This document shows positions 30,046 through 38,620 of a DNA stretch of 64,000 bases, piece by piece. The DNA is from an uncultured Pelagibacteraceae bacterium (GTDB lineage: Bacteria; Pseudomonadota; Alphaproteobacteria; Pelagibacterales; Pelagibacteraceae). Every line of letters begins with the position of its first letter. The stretch's first letter is position 1. The notes beneath the pieces were generated by a model. It had not been told where the DNA came from and did not search any database. It worked only from the letters and a program-made list of their open reading frames with translations. The DNA is taken from NCBI GenBank assembly GCA_902520335.1, contig CABYNS010000001.1, positions 95,604 through 159,603 on the forward strand, written 5' to 3'. Made by a program: the position numbers and the translations under genes.

Positions 30046-31260
30046 CTAGATTATTTCAGTGTGCTTCTGTCTTTTTCTAATTACATTAATTTTTGAACCT
30101 TTAATTAACAATTCTATTGGTTTAGGTCTTAAATTATAATTAGAGCTTAAAGACATACCATAAGCGCCAACATCGCATATAGCTATTAGGTCTTTTTCCT
30201 CTAATTTTTGAAATTTTTTTAACGTTATAAATTTATCGGTACTTTCACAAATTGGACCAACGAATTCATAAATTGTATTTGACATTTTATTAGATTTTAT
30301 TACTGGCAATGTTCTATGAAGTGCCCCATATAATGCAGGTCTTATAAGATCATTCATAGCAGCATCTAAAATTATAAATTTTTTTCTACCACTGTCTTTA
30401 ATATAAATGACTTTAGTGATTAATACACCAGTATTGCCAATTATAGATCTGCCGGGTTCAAATATAATTTTTACTTTATGTTTTTTGAGAAAATTATTAA
30501 TTGCAGTGTTATATTTTTTATAATTAAGTGTTTTGTTTTTATCAGAATAATTAATTCCCATACCTCCGCCTAAATCAATAAATTCGAATTGATGATTAGT
30601 CTTGTCTAAGATATGGCTGACAACTTTAAGCATTTTTCCATAGGGTTTATGATCTAATATTTGGCTGCCTATGTGAACACTCAAACATTTTAAGTCTATA
30701 TTTTTTGAATTTTTACAAAAATTAACAATTTTATGAAATGTATTTTTATTTACTCCAAATTTATTCTCTTTTTTTCCTGTAGAAATTTGATTTAATGTTT
30801 TTGCATCTGTATTAGGATTAAGCCTAACCCCAACTCTAACTTTTTTGTTTCTTAATTTTGCAAGTCTATTTATTTCCATTATTTCACTCAATGACTCAGC
30901 ATTAATGAGTAGTATTTGCTTATTTATTGCAAAATTCAGTTCGCTAGAAGTTTTTCCAACTCCAGAAAATACTATTTTATTTGGTTTTATCCCTGCTTTT
31001 AAGGCCATCATAAGCTCACCTAAAGAGACTACATCAGCTCCTAAACCAAATTTTTTAATTTCTCTAATTAAATTAACATTGGTATTAGATTTTACTGCAA
31101 AACAAATTAATGGTGAAAAAGATTTAAAATTTTTTTTAAATTTATTTACATTTTCTTTTAATTTTGAATATGAATAACAATAAAAAGGTGTCCCAAATTT
31201 TTTAGCTATTCTCTGGAAATTGATACTTTCCACTGTTAGTCTTTTATTAATATATTTCAT
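30046..31260 (-). CDS. lysA: diaminopimelate decarboxylase
   Basis: FAVKSN (PLP lysine), GGGMGI, EPGRSI, GPICES.D. Confidence 0.93.
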   Translation of the reverse strand: MKYINKRLTVESINFQRIAKKFGTPFYCYSYSKLKENVNKFKKNFKSFSPLICFAVKSNTNVNLIREIKKFGLGADVVSLGELMMALKAGIKPNKIVFSGVGKTSSELNFAINKQILLINAESLSEIMEINRLAKLRNKKVRVGVRLNPNTDAKTLNQISTGKKENKFGVNKNTFHKIVNFCKNSKNIDLKCLSVHIGSQILDHKPYGKMLKVVSHILDKTNHQFEFIDLGGGMGINYSDKNKTLNYKKYNTAINNFLKKHKVKIIFEPGRSIIGNTGVLITKVIYIKDSGRKKFIILDAAMNDLIRPALYGALHRTLPVIKSNKMSNTIYEFVGPICESTDKFITLKKFQKLEEKDLIAICDVGAYGMSLSSNYNLRPKPIELLIKGSKINVIRKRQKHTEII

Positions 31261-31391
31261 GAAATTTTGTTAATTATAATTGTTGGTATTTTAATTTCTT
31301 GATTTAAAGCTTTATATTCAGGATCACCTTTCTTTCCACAAGAAACTAAAATACAACAAACTAAAATAACAAATGTAATTTTTTTAATCAT
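31257..31391 (-). CDS. small lipoprotein, LptM/YifL-like (44 aa), absent from ORF track
   Basis: Hand translation: MIKKITFVILVCCILVSCGKKGDPEYKALNQEIKIPTIIINKIS. Lipobox LVSC followed by GKKG. ATGA overlaps both the argH stop and the lysA start. A small lipoprotein gene upstream of lysA/dapF is a common proteobacterial arrangement. Confidence 0.6.
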   Translation of the reverse strand: MIKKITFVILVCCILVSCGKKGDPEYKALNQEIKIPTIIINKIS

Positions 31392-32779
31392 CTTAATTTT
31401 CTATATTTCCTTATCATCTTTTTGATATTATCAAAAGATGTTCCACCATAAGATTTTTTGGAATTGACAGAATTCTTTAAATCAAACACTTTTAGCACAT
31501 CTTTTGTTAATGTTGGTTCTATCTTTTTTAAATCTTCCAAGGATAACTCATTTAGTTTTTTCTTTTTCTTTTCAGCTAAATTCACTAGCAAAGCTGTTTT
31601 TTGGTAAGCTTTTCTAAAAGACATTGAATTATTCTTAACTAGATAATCTGCTAAATCTGTTGCAGTAATGTAACCAGAGTATGCTAACTCAAGCATTCTT
31701 TTTTTATTAGGATTTATATTCTTAAGAATTTCATTAAATATTTTTAAATTTTGAAAAAGAACGTCATATGATTTAAAAATAATTTCTTTATCATCTTGAA
31801 GATCTTTGAAGTATGAAAGAGGCAATCCTTTTAATATAGTAAACATTGAAAATAAATTACCAAAAGTAATTCCAGATTTACCTCTTAAGTACTCTAAAAG
31901 ATCAGGATTTTTTTTTTGTGGCATTATTGATGAACCAGTTACTATTTTATCTGAGAGGTTAATCAGATTAAAACCATCAGAATTCCAGATAATTAATTCC
32001 TCAGAAATTCTTGATAAATGCAACGAACAAACAGAAACACTATAAAGAAAATCTAAAACGAAATCTCTATCCGCTACAGTATCAATTGAATTATTTGTAG
32101 GCTTTTCAAAACCAAGTTTTTTTGTTGTATAGTTCCTGTCAATGTTAAATGAAGTTCCAGTTAATGCAGCAACACCTAATGGGTTTTCATTTAAACTGTC
32201 TAAATTATTCTTTAATCTGTCTTTGTCTCTTTTAAACATCTCTACGTATGCCATGAGATAGTGAGCAAATGAAACTGCTTGTGCATTTTTCAAATGAGTA
32301 AAACCTGGCATAATAGTATCTACATTTTTTTCTGCTAAATTAATTGAATTTTTAATTACGTTATTTAACATCATACTAATTTTTTGATTTGCAGATTTAA
32401 TCCAGATCTTAAAATCGGTTATTACCTGGTCGTTTCTAGATCTTGCTGTATGAACATACCCAGCTTCCTCACCAATTATTTGAAATAATCGTTTTTCGAT
32501 ATTTATATGAATATCCTCGTATTTTTTATTAAATTCAAACTTTTTATTAGATATTTCTTTTTCAATTTTATTTAGTCCATAAATAATCTTATTTTTTGTT
32601 CTAAAAGAAATTATTTTTTGTTTAAATAACATTTCTACATGAGCAATAGAACCATTGATATCCTCTTTATAAAGTCTTTTATCTACATCAATAGAGCTAC
32701 CTATTTTTTGTGAGAGATTAGACGAATTATTTTTAATTCTTGTATTCCATATTGTCTGGTTGTTTTTATTTTTTACCAT
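31388..32779 (-). CDS. argH: argininosuccinate lyase
   Basis: HTARSRNDQV, GSSIMPQKKNPD signature. Confidence 0.95.
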   Translation of the reverse strand: MVKNKNNQTIWNTRIKNNSSNLSQKIGSSIDVDKRLYKEDINGSIAHVEMLFKQKIISFRTKNKIIYGLNKIEKEISNKKFEFNKKYEDIHINIEKRLFQIIGEEAGYVHTARSRNDQVITDFKIWIKSANQKISMMLNNVIKNSINLAEKNVDTIMPGFTHLKNAQAVSFAHYLMAYVEMFKRDKDRLKNNLDSLNENPLGVAALTGTSFNIDRNYTTKKLGFEKPTNNSIDTVADRDFVLDFLYSVSVCSLHLSRISEELIIWNSDGFNLINLSDKIVTGSSIMPQKKNPDLLEYLRGKSGITFGNLFSMFTILKGLPLSYFKDLQDDKEIIFKSYDVLFQNLKIFNEILKNINPNKKRMLELAYSGYITATDLADYLVKNNSMSFRKAYQKTALLVNLAEKKKKKLNELSLEDLKKIEPTLTKDVLKVFDLKNSVNSKKSYGGTSFDNIKKMIRKYRKLR

Positions 32780-32803
32780 GATAGTTAATTATACCTATTT
32801 AAC

Positions 32804-33313
32804 ATGAGATTATTAATAATATTTATTTTAATGCTATCAAATTCTTTTGCTAGTGAAGCTACTGATATAAAAAATTTAGTTATCAATAAAGAGTTAAAAA
32901 ATTACGGTGATATAAGGTTTTTAGACATTAAAAATAAAGAATTAAACTTAAATGATTATAAGGGAAATTTAGTTATATTGAATTTTTGGGCAACTTGGTG
33001 TGCTCCATGTAAAGAAGAAATGCCATCTTTAGATTTGTTAGTTGAAAATCCAAATTTGGATAATCTAAAGATATTTCCTATAAATATTGGTAAAGATACT
33101 ATCCAGAAATCTTTAACTTTTTTTGAAGATTTGAAGATAAAAAATTTAGAAATTTATTTTGATTCACCCAATACATTGGCAAAGAAATTTAAATTAAGAG
33201 GTCTTCCTACAACTATACTTTTTAATAAAGATGGACTTGAGTTTGCAAGAATAATTGGATCAATCGACTTTGTAGATGAAAAATTTATTAAGTGGTTGAG
33301 TAATTTTAATTAA
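32804..33313 (+). CDS. periplasmic thiol:disulfide oxidoreductase (TlpA/ResA-like thioredoxin fold)
   Basis: Signal peptide, NFWATWCAPCKEEMP, GLPTT. Divergent from argH, as tlpA is in many alphaproteobacteria. Confidence 0.8.
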   Translation: MRLLIIFILMLSNSFASEATDIKNLVINKELKNYGDIRFLDIKNKELNLNDYKGNLVILNFWATWCAPCKEEMPSLDLLVENPNLDNLKIFPINIGKDTIQKSLTFFEDLKIKNLEIYFDSPNTLAKKFKLRGLPTTILFNKDGLEFARIIGSIDFVDEKFIKWLSNFN

Positions 33314-33513
33314 TCTTTAAAAAAATATGCAAAAGCTACTAAGGCTATAATTGCTATAAATTGCAGCAAGACTCTTAATTGCATTAATTTATTAGAGTAT
33401 TTTTTACTTGTTTCTCCACCTTTAAATAAAGTCCCAATACCAAGAATTAAAACTAAACCAACCGCTACCAATAAAATTATTGATAAAATTTTTACTAATA
33501 TTCCAGAAATCAT
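33310..33513 (-). CDS. twin-TM small protein (HIG1-domain-like)
   Basis: MISGILVKILSIILLVAVGL ... SNKLMQLRVLLQFIAIIALV is the HIG_1_N-like pattern. The internal ATG 33513 is preferred, because the longer track ORF overlaps the divergent esterase gene start. Confidence 0.55.
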   Translation of the reverse strand: MISGILVKILSIILLVAVGLVLILGIGTLFKGGETSKKYSNKLMQLRVLLQFIAIIALVAFAYFFKD

Positions 33514-33562
33514 AAAATTATAGTAGGTTGTTTTATAGATAAAAAAACATAAATCAATTACT

Positions 33563-34216
33563 ATGACATTTTGCCTTGATACAACCATTATAAAACCAGA
33601 AAAAGATGTGAAAATTAAAAATGCAGTAATTTTACTACATGGTTATGGAGGTGATGGTAAAGATATAAGTATGCTTTCATTAAATTGGAAAAGGCACCTC
33701 ACAAATACAATTTTTCTCTGTCCGAATGGTCATGAGACTTGTCCGATAAATCCATCTGGGTATCAATGGTTTGATCTTACAAAAGATGATCCAAAATACA
33801 TTTTAAATGAATCAATCAAGGCTGAAAAAAAACTCAATCAATTCATAGATGAAGTAAAAATTAAATATAATTTAGATAACGATAAGATTTGTTTATCTGG
33901 TTTTAGTCAAGGATGCATGATGTCAATTAATTTAGGGCTTACATCTAAAAATAAATTTAGTTGTGTAGTAGGCTTTTCTGGTAAGATTATTAATCAAGAG
34001 GATCTTAAGCAAAGAAAGAGAACATCAACAAATATTCTTTTGATTCATGGTGACTCTGATCAAGTTGTCTCACCCAACTATATGTTAGAGGCAAAAGATT
34101 TCTTAATTAGATCTAATATTGAAATAGAGACCCATTTAATAAAGAATTGTGACCATCATATTCCCATCGAGGCTTCTAGCATAGCATTGAATTATATTTT
34201 AAAAAAAATTAAATAA
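33563..34216 (+). CDS. phospholipase/carboxylesterase-family alpha/beta hydrolase
   Basis: LLHGYGGDG, nucleophile elbow GFSQGCMM, HGDSDQVV, and a late His. Confidence 0.8.
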   Translation: MTFCLDTTIIKPEKDVKIKNAVILLHGYGGDGKDISMLSLNWKRHLTNTIFLCPNGHETCPINPSGYQWFDLTKDDPKYILNESIKAEKKLNQFIDEVKIKYNLDNDKICLSGFSQGCMMSINLGLTSKNKFSCVVGFSGKIINQEDLKQRKRTSTNILLIHGDSDQVVSPNYMLEAKDFLIRSNIEIETHLIKNCDHHIPIEASSIALNYILKKIK

Positions 34217-34261
34217 GTTCTTAATGTTGAAATCATTTTTCATTTAAGTTAAAATTAATTT

Positions 34262-34831
34262 ATGAACAACTTTATTGAACAAGACGTCTCATTAGAAAAA
34301 TGTCCTTCATTAGTTTTAAATGCTGATTATAGACCTTTAAGCTATTACCCTTTATCATTATGGTCTTGGCAAGATACGGTAAAGTCAGTTTTTTTAGATA
34401 GAGTAATTATAGTAAGCAGTTATGATAAAATTGTAAGAAGTCCATCATTTAAAATGCAGCTTCCAAGCGTTATTGCTCTTAAAGAGTACATAATTCCACA
34501 ATCTAAACCAAGTTTCACAAGATTTAATGTTTTTTTAAGGGATAAATTTTCATGTCAATATTGTGGAAGTGGAGAGGAATTAACTTTTGATCATTTGTTG
34601 CCAAGATCAAAAGGTGGAGAAACACATTGGGATAATGTTGTAACAGCATGTTCAGCATGTAATGTAAGAAAAGGTGGAAAATTATTAAAAACTTCTGGAA
34701 TGAAGCTCAATCAATATCCTTATCAACCATCAACTGAAGATTTACATAGAAATGGAAAGAATTTCCCTCCAAATTATTTACATAAAAGTTGGATGGATTA
34801 TTTGTATTGGGATGTTGAGCTAGAAGCTTAA
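34262..34831 (+). CDS. HNH endonuclease-family protein
   Basis: CQYCG ... TFDHLLPRSKGGETHWDNVVTACSACNVRKG, the canonical HNH with a Zn-binding Cys quartet. Confidence 0.85.
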   Translation: MNNFIEQDVSLEKCPSLVLNADYRPLSYYPLSLWSWQDTVKSVFLDRVIIVSSYDKIVRSPSFKMQLPSVIALKEYIIPQSKPSFTRFNVFLRDKFSCQYCGSGEELTFDHLLPRSKGGETHWDNVVTACSACNVRKGGKLLKTSGMKLNQYPYQPSTEDLHRNGKNFPPNYLHKSWMDYLYWDVELEA

Positions 34832-34833
34832 AA

Positions 34834-35364
34834 TTAAATTTTCTCAGAAATATTTATTGCTAATTTAGATCCAGTTTTGATAATTCTATCCATTATAGCA
34901 TAAAATCCTTTTTTGGTTGCACCCTCCTCATAAGCAATGTCCTTATGATCTAATTCATCTTGTCTAAATTTTGTTATTTTCTTTTTTAATTCTTCTTCTT
35001 CAGGACCTAGCTGATTAATTTGATCTAGATAATGTTTATCAATAACTTCTTCAACAGATGCCGTACATAGCATTGCAGCTTTTTTACCTAATAATGTAGA
35101 GCCAAATCCCAATCCAACACCCAATAAGTCCCATAAAGGCAAAAATTTTGTTGGTTCGATATTTCTTTTTTTTATTTCGTCTTCAAAAAATTGACAATGT
35201 TCTATTTCGTGCTCTTTCATATCTTCAATTGTTTTTTTTAAACTTTCATTTTTTACAATAGTATTTAAAGCTAACAATTGACCCTCATAGATCTTCACTG
35301 CACCTCTCTCTCCAGCATGATCAACTCTAATAAATTCTTGAACTCTTTTATTGGTTTTTTTCAT
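34834..35364 (-). CDS. coq7: demethoxyubiquinone hydroxylase (Coq7 family di-iron)
   Basis: IRVDHAGERGAVKIYEGQ, E..H di-iron motifs (EHEIEH, ELDH). Confidence 0.85.
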   Translation of the reverse strand: MKKTNKRVQEFIRVDHAGERGAVKIYEGQLLALNTIVKNESLKKTIEDMKEHEIEHCQFFEDEIKKRNIEPTKFLPLWDLLGVGLGFGSTLLGKKAAMLCTASVEEVIDKHYLDQINQLGPEEEELKKKITKFRQDELDHKDIAYEEGATKKGFYAIMDRIIKTGSKLAINISEKI

Positions 35365-35833
35365 ATTTATTAAAAATTTTTAAAAGCGTTATAATAAACA
35401 ATAAACTTATTACAATATTAATACTTGTGAGTGATAATCCAAAAATCCTAAATGTCACATCTCTACAACTTATTGTTTTTTCACTTAATTGTTTAAGTAA
35501 ATCTTCTTTGGTGATACTTTCAGTCAAACTCTTTACTCCACAAACAGATGACTCTTGAAAAAAACCTTGTTCAATTCCAAAATGGTAAAATGAAATGACA
35601 AGAGAGAAGATAAAAGTAAGAATTAATAACAAAACTAATAATTTTTGATTTTTTTTAATCAAAAAGATTACCATTATTATCATAATACTTAATCCATACG
35701 GAATTCTCTCTATTAAACATAAATTACACGGCTGGTGTCCAAGAACATGTTCTATAAAAAAAGCAGAAATTAGAGCAATAAAGCTAAATAGAAAAATTAT
35801 TTTTAAATAAAATTCAGCTTTTATATTAAACAT
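35348..35833 (-). CDS. dsbB: disulfide bond formation protein DsbB-like
   Basis: 4-TM protein with PCNLCLIERIPY (CxxC in the first periplasmic loop) and a second Cys pair (C..C) in the second loop. Confidence 0.7.
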   Translation of the reverse strand: MFNIKAEFYLKIIFLFSFIALISAFFIEHVLGHQPCNLCLIERIPYGLSIMIIMVIFLIKKNQKLLVLLLILTFIFSLVISFYHFGIEQGFFQESSVCGVKSLTESITKEDLLKQLSEKTISCRDVTFRIFGLSLTSINIVISLLFIITLLKIFNKYEKNQ

Positions 35834-36431
35834 TAAATTTAAAAATTAGATAAACTACCAATCCAACAATAACAATTAATATTCCAATTATCGTAAACCA
35901 TTTTGACCCATGTTTATCCATAAATTCATTAAATAAGTACCCAAACTTATAAGAGAGATATGACACTAAAAAAAATCTTAACCCTCTAGAAATTAAACTT
36001 ATCAAAACAAAAATTAAAAAGTTAAATCCTATCAGACCACTTGCAATTGTAAAAACTTTATAAGGGAGAGGAGTAAAACCTGCAAAAAAAAGTATTCCTA
36101 ACCAAGCATAAAAACCATCATTTTTAACCAAGCTTTCCTTTAAATTATATAGTTTATCCTCATACCCATAAAAATTCATAATGTGTGCTCCAAATTCGAA
36201 AAAGAATGCTCCAATTACATAACCGAACATACCGCCCAAAACTGAAAATATTGTAGTTATGAAAAAAATTTTTATAAAATCAGTTTTTTTGGAGATTACC
36301 ATAGGAATAACCATAACGTCTGGAGGAATAGGAAAAAATGAACTTTCAACAAATGACACAATCGCTAAGTAATATTTAGAACTTTTGTGACCTGCCAAAT
36401 CTAAACATTTTTTGTAAAGATTTTTAAACAT
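35826..36431 (-). CDS. DedA/YqaA-family membrane protein
   Basis: SFVESSFFPIPPDVMVIPM motif, multi-TM. Confidence 0.75.
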   Translation of the reverse strand: MFKNLYKKCLDLAGHKSSKYYLAIVSFVESSFFPIPPDVMVIPMVISKKTDFIKIFFITTIFSVLGGMFGYVIGAFFFEFGAHIMNFYGYEDKLYNLKESLVKNDGFYAWLGILFFAGFTPLPYKVFTIASGLIGFNFLIFVLISLISRGLRFFLVSYLSYKFGYLFNEFMDKHGSKWFTIIGILIVIVGLVVYLIFKFNV

Positions 36432-36489
36432 TTTTTGGTTTTAATATAATTTTAGTTCTTATACTATTTAATAAATTATTAAACAATCA

Positions 36490-36574
36490 GGGCGAATGGC
36501 GGAACTGGTAGACGCGCACGACTCAAAATCGTGTTTCGCAAGAAGTGAGAGTTCGATTCTCTCTTCGCCCACCA
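36490..36574 (+). tRNA. tRNA-Leu (anticodon CAA)
   Basis: Acceptor GGGCGAA/TTCGCCC, anticodon stem CACGA/TCGTG with loop CTCAAAA, long variable arm, T-arm GAGAG-TTCGATT-CTCTC, encoded CCA. Confidence 0.93.
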
Positions 36575-36578
36575 AATT

Positions 36579-38279
36579 ATGCAATTAAGTAGAATAAACA
36601 GTTTAGTAGAACTTTTTTTTACAAAGTATAAAGAAATTAATTCAGTTGCTGAAAAACCATTTTTAAAATGGTTAAAAGAAAATGAAAAAGATTTTTTAAC
36701 TTGGCAACAAGTTGCATCAAAAATTCAAATTTTATCTGAATACTTAAGAACAAAGTTGAATAAAGGAGACCGGTGCATCTTATTATCTGAAAATCGACCT
36801 GAATGGCTTATCTCTGATATATCAATAATGAATGCAGGTGGTGTCACAGTACCATTGTTTACAACTTATTCTGAGAAAGACTATGAGTACATTATTAATG
36901 ATTGTAAGCCAAAAATTTGTATCGTTTCTAATGAAATCCAATTAAAAAAAATTGAAAAATTTATCTCTGATGAGATTAAAGTTTTATCCATTGAAAACTT
37001 AAATGAAAAAGTTGAGAATATAGAAAATATTTTTAATGAACATTCAAAAAAAAATAAATCTAATGCTCATATAAGTTTTAATCAAAATCTTGAAAGAAAA
37101 GATCTTGCTTGCATCATTTATACATCTGGCACAACTGGCAATCCTAAAGGAGTAATGCTTTGTCATGGAGGAATTTTATCAAATTGTGAAGGAGCTCAAG
37201 AAATATTAAATCAATTAGTTCAAAATAGTGAACCTACTTTTTTGACATGGTTACCGTTATCTCATTCATATGAGCATGCAGTTCAATTTGTTCAAATCTC
37301 GCTTGGTGCAAAAATTTATTATGCTGAAAGTTTAGAGAAGTTGTTATCTAATATGTCTATTTCAAAGCCCACAATTATGACAGCTGTCCCAAGATTTTAT
37401 CAAAATTTATACAGCAAAATTTCAATTAATTTTTCAAAACAGAAAGGTTTTAAGAAAAAATTGATTTCCTCCACGATTTCACTCGGAATTAAAAAACTTA
37501 ATAATGAGAATTTAACATTTAGAGAAAAATTGATTAATTTCTTTTGTGAAAAACTAGTAAGAAAAAAGATTAAAAATCAGTTCGGTGGAAAATTAAAGGC
37601 TTTTGTATCTGGGGGTGGCGCCTTAGACCAAAAAATTGGAGAATTTTTAAACGCTATAGGATTACCCACTCTTCAAGGTTACGGTCTTACCGAGGCCTCA
37701 CCTGTTGTGAGCTGTAATATTCCTGGAAAAATCAGAATCGATACAGTTGGGCCTCCTTTTAAAACAAACCAGGTAAATATAGCTGAAGATGGTGAAATTT
37801 TAGTAAAAGGTGAAAATGTCATGCTTGGTTATTGGAATATGAAAAAAGAGACATCTGATGTCATAACGGATGGCTGGTTGCATACTGGTGACATTGGAGA
37901 GATCACTGAAGATGGAAATTTAAAAATCACTGATAGAAAAAAAGAAATAATAGTTAGTCTTGGTGGAGATAACATTTCACCATCTAAAATTGAAAATTTG
38001 TTATGTTTAAATGAAAAAATTAAACAAAGTTTTGTTTATGGAGATAAGAAAACTTATTTGGTGGCGTTAATTGTTACTGAAAGCACAGAAAATAGAAAAG
38101 AAATTGAAATTTTTTTAGAAAATTTAAATAAAACTTTATCTTTAGTAGAAAAAGTTAAAAAATTTAAATTAATTAAAGAAGAATTTTCAATTGAAAATGG
38201 AATGTTAACACCAACATTAAAACTAAAAAGAAAACAAATTTTGTATAAATATAAAGATGATTTAGAAAAACTTTATTAA
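36579..38279 (+). CDS. long-chain-fatty-acid--CoA ligase (AMP-forming)
   Basis: AMP-binding signature YTSGTTGNPKGV, GYGLTE, TGDIG, K...KLKR at the C-terminus. Confidence 0.85.
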   Translation: MQLSRINSLVELFFTKYKEINSVAEKPFLKWLKENEKDFLTWQQVASKIQILSEYLRTKLNKGDRCILLSENRPEWLISDISIMNAGGVTVPLFTTYSEKDYEYIINDCKPKICIVSNEIQLKKIEKFISDEIKVLSIENLNEKVENIENIFNEHSKKNKSNAHISFNQNLERKDLACIIYTSGTTGNPKGVMLCHGGILSNCEGAQEILNQLVQNSEPTFLTWLPLSHSYEHAVQFVQISLGAKIYYAESLEKLLSNMSISKPTIMTAVPRFYQNLYSKISINFSKQKGFKKKLISSTISLGIKKLNNENLTFREKLINFFCEKLVRKKIKNQFGGKLKAFVSGGGALDQKIGEFLNAIGLPTLQGYGLTEASPVVSCNIPGKIRIDTVGPPFKTNQVNIAEDGEILVKGENVMLGYWNMKKETSDVITDGWLHTGDIGEITEDGNLKITDRKKEIIVSLGGDNISPSKIENLLCLNEKIKQSFVYGDKKTYLVALIVTESTENRKEIEIFLENLNKTLSLVEKVKKFKLIKEEFSIENGMLTPTLKLKRKQILYKYKDDLEKLY

Positions 38280-38396
38280 TTTATTTAAAATATATGATTA
38301 TAAAGCGCATAAACATTAACTTTTTTACATATTTAAAAATATAAAAATAATATTTTTAAAAATTCTTTTTCAAAATTTTTTACTTTAATTAAAGAA

Positions 38397-38425
38397 TTGA
38401 CATAAGGTGTATAAAAAAATAAAAA
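38397..38425 (+). promoter_or_regulatory. candidate sigma70-type promoter for the micro-gene
   Basis: TTGACA (38397-38402), 17 nt spacer, then TAAAAA. The -10 element is weak evidence in AT-rich DNA. Confidence 0.3.
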
Positions 38426-38476
38426 TAAGTTAATTACGAATCAATTTGATTCGTTTAACTAAAAAGGGAGCTAAAG

Positions 38477-38554
38477 ATGCCTAAGAGAAGAAAAAAAGCA
38501 AAGAAGGCTAAGAAAAAAGCTAAGAAAAAAGCTAAAAAAAGAAGAAGAAGATAA
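38477..38554 (+). CDS. 25-aa poly-Lys/Arg micro-protein (not in ORF track)
   Basis: AAGGGAG SD 6 nt upstream of ATG. Peptide MPKRRKKAKKAKKKAKKKAKKRRRR. Built from the tandem 12-mer GCTAAGAAAAAA (38507-38542). Followed by a terminator. Confidence 0.45.
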   Translation: MPKRRKKAKKAKKKAKKKAKKRRRR

Positions 38555-38574
38555 TAACTTAGTATTCTTTACAA

Positions 38575-38620
38575 AAAACGCTTCTCATAACTTTTAGTGT
38601 GAGGGGCGTTTTTTTTTATT
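38575..38620 (+). terminator. rho-independent terminator (best folded on the + transcript; may also serve convergent carD)
   Basis: AAAACGCTTCTCATA-loop-TGTGAGGGGCGTTTT followed by a 9-T run. The stem uses G-U pairs that become C-A mismatches on the opposite strand. Confidence 0.65.

Noticed and set aside
33514-33588. 25-codon N-terminal extension of the HIG1-like ORF.
   Set aside because: It would overlap the divergent esterase gene start at 33563. The twin-TM family protein is complete from the internal ATG 33513.
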